From assembly GCA_965204755.1 (NCBI GenBank), contig OZ242011.1, positions 2,016,001-2,080,000 on the forward strand: a stretch of 64,000 nt of DNA. Reading direction: 5' to 3'. The position numbers and the translations under genes were made by a program. The stretch is from Candidatus Marinacidobacterium sp. Its GTDB lineage: Bacteria; Acidobacteriota; Vicinamibacteria; Marinacidobacterales; Marinacidobacteraceae. Positions 30,014 through 39,939 of this stretch are shown piece after piece (the stretch's first letter is position 1; each line of letters opens with the position of its first letter). Below the pieces are notes generated by a model. That model was not told the DNA's origin, did not search any database, and was given only the letters and a program-made list of their open reading frames with translations.

Positions 30014-31135
30014 ATGGCGGATCGGCAACTCCTCCCGGACTCTCCCGAGGAACCCCCCGGACTCGACCGGATCCGCGGGTGGCTTCGCCGGCCGCGCCCC
30101 CGGCTGCGGGCGGTCTGGCTCTGGTTGCGCTGGCTCGGTCGGGGAATCGCCGGCGGCGCGGGCTGGGTCGGCCGGAACGCGCTGCCGGCGGCGCGGGGCG
30201 TGGGCCGGATCGCCGCCGGCGGAGCGAGGGTGGCGCGCGCCGCCGCGCACATCGGCCGGAGCGCCGGGAAGGTCGGCGCGAGTCTGGGCGAGATGGGGAG
30301 CGGGATGAGCGCCGCCGGCGGCCGGTTCGGGCGGATCGGTTCGGCGCTCTCGAACGCCGGCGGGCGCGTGCGCCGGTTCGGCCGGGGACTCCGCCGCACC
30401 GGCCGGGGCGCCGCCGAAGGCCTCGACAGCGTGTCCGTCCTGGGGCGTCACCTCGAATCCGACGCCCCCCTCGGCCCCCCGCCCGCGGAGGAACTCCCGC
30501 CCCCGGCGCCCGAGGAACCGGAGAGCGGGTCGCCGCCCGTCGAACCGCCGCGGACGCCGCGCACCCGGAAGACCGCGAGTTCCGCGACCGCCTCTTCCGC
30601 CCCGCCGCCGACCCCGCCCGAACCGGCGCAACCCGAACCGCCTGCGGAAGCGGATCGGCCCGCGAAGCCGGCCGCCGGCGCCGCCCGGAAGGCCGCCGCG
30701 AAGCGGAAGCGGAAGCGGTCTTCGCCGCCGCCCGCCCCCACGCCGGCGAAGGAGACCGACGCCCCGCCGAAGGCGAGAGACGAACCGCCGAAGGCGAGGG
30801 ACGAACCGCCGAAGAAGAGCGACGCCGCGCCGAAGGCGCCGCCCGAAACCCCGCCCTCCGACGCCGTGCCGGACGCGCTGCCCGAAGCCTTGCGAGCCCG
30901 CATCGCGGCCCTCGGCAAACGGCCCCGCAAGCAGGCGCTCCGGTCCCTCATCCTGGACATCTGCCGCGTCCGCGAGTGGACGACCGCCACCGAACTGGCC
31001 GCCATCCTCGGGGTGGGCCGGCGGTCGCTCTCCACCCGCCACATCGCCCCGATGGCCGACGCCGGCCTCCTCGAACGGCGCTACCCCGACAACCCCACCA
31101 ACCCCGCCCAGGCCTACCGCGCCCCCGCCGCGTGA
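30014..31135 (+). CDS. Protein with Gly/Arg-rich amphipathic N-terminus, Pro-rich linker and C-terminal winged HTH (Fic-like/RecG C-terminal type)
   Basis: ILDICRVREWTTATELAAILG...HIAPMADAGLLERRYPDNPTNPAQAYR, with PPKARDE tandem repeats in the linker. Confidence 0.7.
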   Translation: MADRQLLPDSPEEPPGLDRIRGWLRRPRPRLRAVWLWLRWLGRGIAGGAGWVGRNALPAARGVGRIAAGGARVARAAAHIGRSAGKVGASLGEMGSGMSAAGGRFGRIGSALSNAGGRVRRFGRGLRRTGRGAAEGLDSVSVLGRHLESDAPLGPPPAEELPPPAPEEPESGSPPVEPPRTPRTRKTASSATASSAPPPTPPEPAQPEPPAEADRPAKPAAGAARKAAAKRKRKRSSPPPAPTPAKETDAPPKARDEPPKARDEPPKKSDAAPKAPPETPPSDAVPDALPEALRARIAALGKRPRKQALRSLILDICRVREWTTATELAAILGVGRRSLSTRHIAPMADAGLLERRYPDNPTNPAQAYRAPAA

Positions 31136-31728
31136 ACCCCCCTCCCGGCCCCGTCCGTCCCCGCCCCGCGTCCGCCGCGCGAGCCCTGCCGCCCCGGCTC
31201 ACCAAGTGGCAGGTCGCCGTCGCCGCCCTCTACCGCCTGCGCGGCGCCGTCGTCCGCCGAGACAGCGAGGACATCGCGCTCGAATGTTTCGAGTTGGCCC
31301 CCCGCCGGTTCGGCTGGCGATCCCATCCCCAGTTGGCGCCGGCCCGCGCCGCCCTCCGCGCCGCGCGCCGCTCCGCCCTCATCTCCGGCGACCACGCCGG
31401 CTGGCTGCTGACCCCCGCCGGCGTTTCCTGGTGCGAAGCCCACTTGCCGGAAGCGAAGCCGCGGCGCCGGCTGCGCGGCTGGTCCGCGCTGGAACGGCGC
31501 GAAGCCGAAGCGTTGCGCCGCCTGCTGCGCCAGCCCCTCCATACCTGCTGGAAGTCCGGGCAGCGCGCGCCCACGCTGCCGGAAGTGGCCCACACCCTCG
31601 GTTACACCGCCGACACCCCGGTCGCCGCCGTGCTACGCCGCCTGGACGACCTGTCCGCCCTCGCCCGATTCGCCGACCTCTCCGAAGTCCGGCGCTACCT
31701 GGACTGGCTCCGAAGCGGCGCCGCCTGA
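31132..31728 (+). CDS. Hypothetical protein, probable winged-helix fold
   Basis: GTG overlaps the upstream TGA. The pattern SEDIALECFELAPRRFGWRSHP...WLLTPAG suggests a wHTH with wing. Confidence 0.6.
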   Translation: MNPPPGPVRPRPASAARALPPRLTKWQVAVAALYRLRGAVVRRDSEDIALECFELAPRRFGWRSHPQLAPARAALRAARRSALISGDHAGWLLTPAGVSWCEAHLPEAKPRRRLRGWSALERREAEALRRLLRQPLHTCWKSGQRAPTLPEVAHTLGYTADTPVAAVLRRLDDLSALARFADLSEVRRYLDWLRSGAA

Positions 31729-31750
31729 AGTCCCGGCGGCCGCCTGCTGG

Positions 31751-33085
31751 TCAGGTTCGGACCCACCGGTACACGCACTTGCGGATCTCCCGTCGGCCGA
31801 ACCGCCCCATCTGCTGGCTGGCGTTTCCCTTGCCGCGCGGCAGGACGCGGATGCTTTCGCAGGCGAAGCCGACCGTTTCGGCGAAGTCGGAGAGGATCAG
31901 GTCCACCGGCGCTTCTTCGCCGTGGTACTGGACATTGTCGTTGACCATCGCGACGACGCCGCCCGACCGGACGACGCGGGACAGTTCGCAGATGACGACC
32001 GCCATCTCGAGGAAGTACCCCTCGATGAGTCGAATCACCTGGGGGTTGCCGAGTTCGCCGCGATGGTCGCGCAGGATGTCGGTGACCTCCCGAACGCCGC
32101 CCTGTTCCCGGAACATGCGAAGGGCGCTCCGGACCAGCGCCGGATCGCCGTAACTGTCCAACAGCCGGCGCTCCTTGGAGCGGTTCTCGACCGTGGCGGA
32201 CAGCATGTCCTGCCGAAGATCGGAGAAGCGTTCGCGGTCGTAACCCAGCCAGGCGAGTTCGAGCGCGTAGGTGCGCGTGTAGTCGTACCGGTTGGCGTAG
32301 GGCGGGGAAGTGATGACCAGGTCCACCGAATCCCCCGGAAGGTCCTGGAGTCGCTCGAGACTCGAACCGAGGACCAGCGTCGGGGCGCCCCCGCCGTAGA
32401 GGGTCCGGAGCGCGGGGATGTCCGCATCCATCTGCCGGAGCCGCTCGGCGAGCGCTTCGGCGAAGGGCAGGATGGTTCCCTTGTCGACGCGGGATTTCAG
32501 CGGGCGGCCGGAGCGGTAATCCCACCGGAGGTACTGCCCGTCCTTGCGCGTGTAACTCACCGACTCCAGAACGCTCATGCACGCGAAGTCGAGCAGGCGG
32601 GCGAGTTCGCGGTTGCGCATCGCCGCGAGGAACTGCCGCGCGCGGGCCAGGGCCGCTTCCGTCTCTTCCGGGAATGCCCGCTGCGTGATCGGGACATGGG
32701 GAAAGGAATGACGGGAGGGCGCCGGGCCGCCGGCTTCCACCTGCTTCACGAGACGGGCGCCGGCGCGCCGGAAAGCGCTGCGGTCGAGACCCTTCGCGGC
32801 GCGCACGATGGCTTGGGCGGCCCGCGCGCCCACGGGCATGATTTCGATACCGGTGGCGCGAAGCCCCCGTCCGGCGGCGATGAGCGGCGCCGTGCCGAGT
32901 CCGGCGAAGGGATCCAGCACGGATTCCGGTTGGACTTCGGCCAACAGGCTTTCGACGAGGTCCGCGGAGAAGCCCTCCTTGTATTTCATCCACCGAAAGC
33001 CGGGGAGTCGCCGGTTCCCCTGGAAGGACACGGCCCGCCGGGTCAGGGTCGGATCCACGAAGATCCGGTCCTCGAATCTCGCCAT
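31751..33085 (-). CDS. Orphan amino (N4-C/N6-A) DNA methyltransferase
   Basis: Motif I VLDPFAGLGT precedes motif IV VITSPPY, plus WMKYKEGFS. No cognate restriction gene recognised. Start placed at ATG 33085. Confidence 0.88.
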   Translation of the reverse strand: MARFEDRIFVDPTLTRRAVSFQGNRRLPGFRWMKYKEGFSADLVESLLAEVQPESVLDPFAGLGTAPLIAAGRGLRATGIEIMPVGARAAQAIVRAAKGLDRSAFRRAGARLVKQVEAGGPAPSRHSFPHVPITQRAFPEETEAALARARQFLAAMRNRELARLLDFACMSVLESVSYTRKDGQYLRWDYRSGRPLKSRVDKGTILPFAEALAERLRQMDADIPALRTLYGGGAPTLVLGSSLERLQDLPGDSVDLVITSPPYANRYDYTRTYALELAWLGYDRERFSDLRQDMLSATVENRSKERRLLDSYGDPALVRSALRMFREQGGVREVTDILRDHRGELGNPQVIRLIEGYFLEMAVVICELSRVVRSGGVVAMVNDNVQYHGEEAPVDLILSDFAETVGFACESIRVLPRGKGNASQQMGRFGRREIRKCVYRWVRT

Positions 33086-33379
33086 CAACGCGCGCCGCTC
33101 CCGCGTGGCGCCGCCGTTCGGGGAGGTAACGGCCTGTCGGTAGGGGCGCAGCCGCAGCGCCGGTTCGGCGGGCGGCGCCGGAGCGCGGGGAGCGCCCGGC
33201 AGGCGCGGCGGGAGGGTGACGCCGAGCCCGGCCGCCGGCGGAATGCCCGGAAGACCGGCGGTCGGGTCGGGGAAGATCGCGTCGTGGCGCACTCGGCAGG
33301 AGGCCTCCGTCGGGGAGGCGCTGATGATGAGCAGCCCGAGCGACACATTTCGCCACCCCCCGCGGGGCGAAGCGCGCCG

Positions 33380-33910
33380 ATGCGAGACTTCCCGCCCCCC
33401 GTCGTGCCCGACCCCTCTCGTCCCCGGAAGCCGCCGCGACTGCGCAGCGTGAGGCCCGCGCCGCCGACGGAGACGGACTTCGCGGAGTTCGAGCGGGAAG
33501 TGGCCGCCGCCGAGCCCGAAGCGGTGCGGGCGGCGTCGGGAGCGGATGCGCCGCCGGCCCCGGAGCGGCCGCGGTCGGCCGCAGCCGTGCTACGCGAGGC
33601 TCAGGGCGGGCGGGAGATCGAGGGTGAGCGGTCTCTCTCGGTGCGCGGGATGACGCAGGCGCAGGCGCGTTCGCTGTTGGAGGGGTTCCTCCGGAAGATG
33701 CGCGGGGCGGGCGTTCGCTGCGTGAAGGTGATCCACGGCAAGGGGAATCGCAGCGACGGCGAGCCGGTGCTCCGGCGGAAGGTGCCGGAGTGGCTCGGCG
33801 AGTGGAAGCCGGAGTTGGTCGCCGGTTACGAACCGGTGCGCCGCGAGCGGAAGGGCGGGAGCGGAGCGCTCTTCGTCGCGCTCACCCCGCCCGCTTCCCG
33901 CGTTCCGTAG
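33380..33910 (+). CDS. Smr/MutS2-domain endonuclease
   Basis: LSVRGMT..A, VKVIHGKGNRS..PVLRRKVPEWL, GGSGALFV. Confidence 0.88.
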   Translation: MRDFPPPVVPDPSRPRKPPRLRSVRPAPPTETDFAEFEREVAAAEPEAVRAASGADAPPAPERPRSAAAVLREAQGGREIEGERSLSVRGMTQAQARSLLEGFLRKMRGAGVRCVKVIHGKGNRSDGEPVLRRKVPEWLGEWKPELVAGYEPVRRERKGGSGALFVALTPPASRVP

Positions 33911-33935
33911 GCGCCGCCGGCGTTACGGCGGCGCC
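33910..33935. terminator. GC hairpin between convergent genes (possible bidirectional terminator)
   Basis: GGCGCCGCCG-GCGTTA-CGGCGGCGCC, no U-tract. Confidence 0.4.
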
Positions 33936-33949
33936 GGGTCGCGTCGGCG

Positions 33950-36037
33950 TCAGTTCGCTCCCGCGGCCGTCCGGTAGCGGTCGAACCAGGCCACGATGTT
34001 CGCGACCTTCGCGATCAACTGGCTCGGGCGGCGGCTCATGTTGTGGAACGCGCCGGGCAAACGCACGACGCCCGTATCGATCCCCCGCAACTTGAGCGCG
34101 TGGAACAACTGGTAGGACTCCGACAGCGGCGTCCGCAGGTCCGCTTCGCCGGTGACGATCAGCGTCGGCGTGTTCACATTCCCGACCAGCGAGAGCGGCG
34201 AGAACTTCCAGTAGCCCTCCAGGTTATCCCACGGGAGTCCTTCGTACCGCGTATGGAAGTAACCGAACCAGTTGTCCGCCGTCAGCGTCTTGCTGATCCA
34301 GTTCACCACCGGCTTCTGCGAGACCGCGGCGCGGAAACGATCCGTCTTCCCGACGATCCACGCGGTCAGGATCCCGCCCGCGCTGCCGCCGGTGACGAAC
34401 AGGTTCTCCTCGTCGACATAACCACGCGCGATTACCGCGTCCACGCCCGACATCAGGTCGTCGTAGTCCTCGCCCGGATAGTTGTGGTAGAGGAGATCGC
34501 CGAACTCCTCGCCGTAGCCGGTGCTGCCGCGCGGGTTGGCGTAGAGGACGACATACCCGGCGGCCGCCATCAACTGCATCTCCGCCGAGAAGCGGTCGCC
34601 GTAGTTGGAGATCGGGCCGCCGTGGATCTCGAGGATCAGCGGATACCGCCGGCCCGGATCGAAGTCCGGCGGCTTGACGATCCAGCCCTGGATCGGCCGG
34701 CCGTCGAACGAGGAATCCCACCAGATCTCTTCGACTTCGCCCAGCATCTTGCCGGCGAGCAGGTCGTCGTTGAGCGAAGTGACGCGGCGCAATTCGCTTC
34801 CCGGCCTTCCGACCGCCACTTCGCCGGGGGAATCCGGTCGGGTCCGGTTGAGCGCGAAGGAACCGTCCTCCGCCACCGAGAACGAACCGCCGCCGTACGG
34901 CCGGCCGTACTGCGCGCCGAGGTCCGCCGCGAGCGCCTCCACCCGGCCGTCCAGCGTGGTGAAACCGATCTTGGTGTTGCCTTCGTCGTCGTACTGGAAG
35001 TAGAGGACGCTGCCGTCAGCCGCCCACACCGGGCTCGACACGCTGCGGTCGAGGTCGGCGGTCAGCACGCTCCGCTCGCTCCCGTCGAGGCGCATGACTT
35101 CCAGCCGGGCGACCTGGTAGGTGCGCATCCTGTCTTCGAACGAAACGAACGCGATCCGTTCCCCGTCGGGCGACACCGCCGGGCTCCGGTCCGGGCCGCT
35201 GCGGTCGGTGAGCCGCCGAACCTCGCCGCCCCCGACCGGCGCCGAGTAGATCTCCGTGTTGCGGAAGTCGCGCTCCCAGTCCGCGCTCCGGTTCGCGGCG
35301 AACACCAGGCGCCGGCCGTCCGGCGTCCACGAGGCCGGGTTCGGATGGTGGAAGTCGCCGGCGGTGACCTGCACCGGCGTCCCGCCCTCCGCCGAAACCA
35401 CGAAGAGGTGCGCGTACCCGAAGTCGAGGTATCCCACGCCGTCCTGCCGGTTCCGGAAGCGGTCCTCCAGGATCGGCGGGTCGGCCCACTCCGCTCCCGG
35501 CGGCGGCTTCGGCGGGTCGGCGATGCGCGGCGGCGGGTAGGGGACGAGCATGTTGAAGGCGATCGAGCGGCCGTCCGGCGACCAGCGGATCCCCCGGGGC
35601 GATTCGGTGAGTTGCGTGATCGCCGCGGTCTCGCCGGTATCCATCCAGCGCACCCGGATCTGTCCGCCGGAGGTGAACGCGATCCGCGTCCCGTCCGGCG
35701 ACCAGCGCGGCGACGAGCCGGCCCCGACGCGCCGGTGCCCGCTCCCGTCGGCGTTCACCAGCCACAGTTCCGACCGCTGGCGGTCGCGCATGAGGTCCAT
35801 CGAGGTGCGGACATAGACGACCCGGCCGCCGTCCGGCGAGATCTGCGGGTCCTCCGGGAACTCGATCTGGAAGACATCCATCGGCGCGAACGGCGTCTTC
35901 GCGGGGCCTTCCTGCGCCGCAGCGTCGGCGAGCGTCGGAAGCGCCGCCGACGCCAGCGCGGCGGCGAAGACGACGGCCGCGGCCCGGACGAGCGAAGACG
36001 CGGGCGAACGGTGGAGGCGGAGCGGGTCGGGATGCAT
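33950..36037 (-). CDS. S9 family (acylaminoacyl/prolyl oligo-) peptidase with PD40 propeller
   Basis: Repeated WSPDG, IHGGP, NPRGSTGYG, catalytic GGSAGG, D (GEADLR) and H (GAFH). Confidence 0.93.
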   Translation of the reverse strand: MHPDPLRLHRSPASSLVRAAAVVFAAALASAALPTLADAAAQEGPAKTPFAPMDVFQIEFPEDPQISPDGGRVVYVRTSMDLMRDRQRSELWLVNADGSGHRRVGAGSSPRWSPDGTRIAFTSGGQIRVRWMDTGETAAITQLTESPRGIRWSPDGRSIAFNMLVPYPPPRIADPPKPPPGAEWADPPILEDRFRNRQDGVGYLDFGYAHLFVVSAEGGTPVQVTAGDFHHPNPASWTPDGRRLVFAANRSADWERDFRNTEIYSAPVGGGEVRRLTDRSGPDRSPAVSPDGERIAFVSFEDRMRTYQVARLEVMRLDGSERSVLTADLDRSVSSPVWAADGSVLYFQYDDEGNTKIGFTTLDGRVEALAADLGAQYGRPYGGGSFSVAEDGSFALNRTRPDSPGEVAVGRPGSELRRVTSLNDDLLAGKMLGEVEEIWWDSSFDGRPIQGWIVKPPDFDPGRRYPLILEIHGGPISNYGDRFSAEMQLMAAAGYVVLYANPRGSTGYGEEFGDLLYHNYPGEDYDDLMSGVDAVIARGYVDEENLFVTGGSAGGILTAWIVGKTDRFRAAVSQKPVVNWISKTLTADNWFGYFHTRYEGLPWDNLEGYWKFSPLSLVGNVNTPTLIVTGEADLRTPLSESYQLFHALKLRGIDTGVVRLPGAFHNMSRRPSQLIAKVANIVAWFDRYRTAAGAN

Positions 36038-36164
36038 CGGGGACTCCTCGATTCGGTGGGAAAGAGCGGCCGGTCAAGTTACCAGAGCGGCGCCGCGCCG
36101 CATATGGACGGCCGAGGCCCTCCGCCGGCCGCTCCCGGCCGACCGCCGGCCGGCGGGCCGGACT

Positions 36165-36476
36165 TCAGCGCCCGCCGGCGGCCTGCTCGAGACGCCAGCG
36201 GGCGGCGTCCCGGTCATCGTCGGTGAACAGCGACCGGAACCGTTCTTCGTTGGCCACCAGGTGTTCGATCGAGAGGTTGAGCCGCTTCATCGCCGCGAGC
36301 CTCCTCAGCCCGCTTTGGAGGTCGCCGCTGCGGACGAGTTGCTTGGCGTACCGAACCGCGTCCCTCTCGTCCAGGACCATGAGGAACCGGGTCGGGTAGT
36401 ACCCCAACCCGGCGGACTCGGCGCACGACGCGCGCATCGCCTGCTCGAACTCCCGCCCCAGCCGCTCCGAGTCCAT
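36165..36476 (-). CDS. Small hypothetical protein (domain recalled as an N-terminal module of some nucleases)
   Basis: Motif GYYPTRFL..GLRRL..RLNLSIEHLV..RFRSLFT..ARWRL, with an RBS-like GGCGGGA. Confidence 0.7.
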   Translation of the reverse strand: MDSERLGREFEQAMRASCAESAGLGYYPTRFLMVLDERDAVRYAKQLVRSGDLQSGLRRLAAMKRLNLSIEHLVANEERFRSLFTDDDRDAARWRLEQAAGGR

Positions 36477-36566
36477 TTCCCGCCCCCCGGCAATCGTAGG
36501 GGATCACCGCCCGGCGGCCCGGGCGCCGCGCCGCTTCCCGGCGGCCGCGCCTAGAATTCGCCGCCC

Positions 36567-37973
36567 ATGAGCGAAGACACCCGCCGGTTCCTCGACCGCT
36601 TCTGGGAGGACGAGATCCTCCCCAGCCTCACCGCCTACATCGCGGTTCCCAATGTCTCCGTGATGTTCGACGCGGACTGGGAAGCCCACGGGCACATGGA
36701 GCAGGCCCTCGAAATGGGCCGGGCCTTCATGCAAAAGCACGCCCCCGAAGGCGCCGCCCTCCATGTGGGCCGCATTCCCGGACGCACGCCGCTGCTGCTC
36801 CTCGACTGCCCCGGCGACGCCGAAGGAACGATCCTCATGTACGGCCACCTCGACAAGCAGCCGGAGATGGTCGGCTGGCGGGACGGGCTCGGCCCCTGGA
36901 CTCCCGTGCGCGACGGCGACCGCCTCTACGGCCGGGGCGGCGCCGACGACGGCTACGCGCTCTACGCCGCGCTGGCCGCGCTCAAGGCGGTCGCCCGCGA
37001 GGGCAAACCCCGCGCGCGGGTCGTCCTGCTGGTGGAGTTCTCCGAGGAGAGCGGCTCCCCGGACCTCCCGGCGTACATGGAGCACTTCGCGGAAGTCATC
37101 GGCCGCCCCGACCTGGTCATCTGCCTCGACTCCGGCGCCGGCAACTACGACCAGTTGTGGTCCACCACTTCGCTGCGCGGCATGGTCGGCGGGACGCTCC
37201 GCGCCGAAGTGCTCACCGAGGGCGTCCATTCCGGCGACGCCGGGGGAGTCGTGCCGCCGCCGTTCCTGGTGCTGCGCAAACTCCTCGACCGGATCGAACA
37301 CCCGGAAACCGACCGCGTCGTCCCCGACGCGCTCCACGCGGAAATCCCCGAAGAGCGCGCCGAGCAGGCCCGCGCCGCCGCCGAAGCGCTCGGCGAAGAC
37401 CTGTTCTCCCGATTCCCCTGGGCCGGGAACACCGGGCCGGCCCCCGGCAAGAGCGCCGCCGAACTCATCCTGAACCGCACCTGGCGCCCGACGATGGCGG
37501 TAACCGGGCAGGGCGGGTTGCCGCCGCTGGAGAAGGCGGGGAATGTCCTCCTGCCGCAGGTCACGCTGAACCTGTCGATCCGCCTGCCGCCCACGGTGTC
37601 GCCGAAGGCGGCGCAACAGGCGCTTCGCGAAGCCGTCGAAGACCCGCCGTTCGGCGCGAAGGTGACGCTCGACTTCCACGAACCCGCCGCCGGCTGGAAC
37701 GCCCCGCCGCTCGCGCCGTGGCTCGGCGAGGCGCTGCGCGACGCTTCGATGGGCGCCTTCGGCAAACCGGCGATGTTCATGGGCGAGGGCGGCTCGATCC
37801 CGTTCATGGCGATGCTCGGCGAGCGCTTCCCGGAGGCGCAGTTCGTGGTTACCGGCGTCCTCGGCCCGCAGTCGAACGCCCACGGCCCGAACGAGTTCCT
37901 GCACATCGCCTACGCGAAGCGGCTCACGGAAGCCGTCGCCACCGTCGTCGCCCGCCACGCCGTCCGCGGCTGA
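36567..37973 (+). CDS. M20 family metallopeptidase
   Basis: YGHLDKQP, LYGRGGADD, EESGS, GGSIP, NAHGPNE. Confidence 0.93.
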   Translation: MSEDTRRFLDRFWEDEILPSLTAYIAVPNVSVMFDADWEAHGHMEQALEMGRAFMQKHAPEGAALHVGRIPGRTPLLLLDCPGDAEGTILMYGHLDKQPEMVGWRDGLGPWTPVRDGDRLYGRGGADDGYALYAALAALKAVAREGKPRARVVLLVEFSEESGSPDLPAYMEHFAEVIGRPDLVICLDSGAGNYDQLWSTTSLRGMVGGTLRAEVLTEGVHSGDAGGVVPPPFLVLRKLLDRIEHPETDRVVPDALHAEIPEERAEQARAAAEALGEDLFSRFPWAGNTGPAPGKSAAELILNRTWRPTMAVTGQGGLPPLEKAGNVLLPQVTLNLSIRLPPTVSPKAAQQALREAVEDPPFGAKVTLDFHEPAAGWNAPPLAPWLGEALRDASMGAFGKPAMFMGEGGSIPFMAMLGERFPEAQFVVTGVLGPQSNAHGPNEFLHIAYAKRLTEAVATVVARHAVRG

Positions 37974-38019
37974 GGGCGCCGGCGCCGCTCCGCGGGATCG
38001 GCGCCGCTCCGCAGCGCCG

Positions 38020-38487
38020 GTGATGGCCGCGGCGAAACCCGTCCTGCTCTCCGGCGGGAACCCGCAGATCGCGAAGGCCGACGGCGACGCCCCGGTGCAG
38101 GCGTACATCGCGGCCATGCCCGGCTGGAAGAGCGAAGTCGGACGCCGCCTCGACGAGATCGTCATGCGGAACGCGCCCGGAGCGACCAAGGCCGTCCGTT
38201 GGAACTCGCCGTTCTACGGAAACGAGGGCCGCGGCTGGTTCGCGTCGTTCCATGTCTTCACCCGCTTCGTCCGGATGACCTTCTTCGCGGGGGCGTCGCT
38301 GCACCCGCCGCCGCCCGGCGCGGGCAAGGACGCCGCCGCGCGCTGGGTGGACCTCTACGAGGACGCCGGCCTCGACGAAGAGCGGATGGCGAACTGGGTT
38401 CGCCAGGCGGCCGCGCTGCCCGGCTGGGGAAAGGTCCCGCCGGCGGAGGGCGGCGGCGGTCGGCCCGGGCGCCGCCGGGCTTCGTAA
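38020..38487 (+). CDS. DUF1801 domain protein
   Basis: LLSGGNPQIAKADGDAPVQAYIAAMPGWK..AVRWNSPFYG. Confidence 0.85.
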   Translation: MMAAAKPVLLSGGNPQIAKADGDAPVQAYIAAMPGWKSEVGRRLDEIVMRNAPGATKAVRWNSPFYGNEGRGWFASFHVFTRFVRMTFFAGASLHPPPPGAGKDAAARWVDLYEDAGLDEERMANWVRQAAALPGWGKVPPAEGGGGRPGRRRAS

Positions 38488-38613
38488 CGCCTTCGCCGCC
38501 TTCGTCACCCCTCGCGTCGGGCCGCTCCGCGCGGGTGATGTAATTGCCGCGGTCGGCGGCGCGCCCGCATTCCGCGGCGGCCGGCCGTCCCGAAACCGCC
38601 GGAGGAAACCGCA

Positions 38614-39879
38614 ATGCCAGCAACCCCGAAAACCCGCAGCGCCGCTGCCGGCGCCGCTCTCGCCCTCGCCTTCCTGACCCTCGGCTGTCCGGCCCCCGAG
38701 CCGACCTCGAACGCCCTCGTCTTCGAAGGCATGCGCATCATCGTCGGCGACGGAAGCGCGCCGATCGAGAACGGCGTCTTCGTCGTCGAAGAGGACCGCT
38801 TCCTCGCCGCCGGCGCCGCCGGCCAGGTCGAAACGCCGCCCGGCGCGCACCGCATAGATCTGACCGGCCGCACGGTGATCCCCGCGCTGCTGGACACCCA
38901 TGTCCACCTCTCCGTCCCGCGCGAGGAACTGATCGACGACCTGCACCGCCGCGCCTACTACGGCGTCGGCGCCGCGCTGAGTCTGGGCCACGACGACGGC
39001 GACGCCGCCCTCGAGGTGAGAGCCGAACCGATCCGCGGCGCGGCGCGCGCGATGACCGCCGGGCGCGGCATCACCCGCCCCGAACCGGGCCGCTCCGAGG
39101 CGCCCTACTGGGTGGACACCGAGGAAGAAGCCCGCGCCGCGGTGCGCGAACTCGCCGAGAAGCAAGTGGACATCGTGAAGATCTGGGTGGACGACCGCGG
39201 CGGCCGATACGAGAAGATGACTCCCGAACTCTACGGAGCGGTCATAGACGAAGCTCACACGCAAGGCCTGCGCGTCACCGCCCACATCTACACGCTGGAA
39301 GACGCCAAGGGACTGCTCCGCGCCGGCGTGGACTCCTTCGCCCACGGCGTGCGCGACATGGAAGTGGACGACGAGTTCGTGGAGTTGGTCCGCGAACGCC
39401 CGGAAGTGGTGCTGGTTCCCAACATGGGAAGCCGCGGCGTCCTCGAGGATCTCGGCTGGCTCTCCGGGACGATCGGGCCGGACGAACTCGCCGAGTTGCA
39501 GGCGGGTTACCAAGATCGCCCGGAAGCCCAGGCGCGCCACGCCATCGAGGCCGCCAACCTCGCGCGGCTCCACGCCGAAGGAATGAAGATCGCCCTCGGC
39601 ACCGACGGCAACGCCGGCTGGCGCCCCCACATAGAAATGGCGGACATGGTGGCCGCCGGCCTGACCCCGCACGAAGTCCTGGTGTCCGCAACCAGCAGCG
39701 CCGCCGAGTTCCTGCGCCTCGACGACATGGGCACGATCGCCGCCGGCAAGAGCGCCGACTTCGTGGTCCTGGAGGGCAACCCCCTCGATGACATCACCAA
39801 CACCCGCCGCATCGAGTCCGTATACCTACGCGGCAAACCGGTGGACCGCGAGGTGATGAGCGCCAACTGGCTCCGGTAG
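38614..39879 (+). CDS. Amidohydrolase family lipoprotein
   Basis: Lipobox TLGC, PALLDTHVH, TAHI, AHG, LGTD, GKSADFVVL..NPL. Confidence 0.9.
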   Translation: MPATPKTRSAAAGAALALAFLTLGCPAPEPTSNALVFEGMRIIVGDGSAPIENGVFVVEEDRFLAAGAAGQVETPPGAHRIDLTGRTVIPALLDTHVHLSVPREELIDDLHRRAYYGVGAALSLGHDDGDAALEVRAEPIRGAARAMTAGRGITRPEPGRSEAPYWVDTEEEARAAVRELAEKQVDIVKIWVDDRGGRYEKMTPELYGAVIDEAHTQGLRVTAHIYTLEDAKGLLRAGVDSFAHGVRDMEVDDEFVELVRERPEVVLVPNMGSRGVLEDLGWLSGTIGPDELAELQAGYQDRPEAQARHAIEAANLARLHAEGMKIALGTDGNAGWRPHIEMADMVAAGLTPHEVLVSATSSAAEFLRLDDMGTIAAGKSADFVVLEGNPLDDITNTRRIESVYLRGKPVDREVMSANWLR

Positions 39880-39939
39880 GCCGACTCCGGCGAACTGGCC
39901 AACGGCTTCAACACAACCACTACGACGAAGGAGAACTTC

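Noticed and set aside
31751-33085. Complete type II restriction-modification system, or the cause of AGCT/ACGT erosion
   Set aside because: No recognisable endonuclease partner, and the SPPY motif indicates m4C/m6A rather than m5C chemistry.
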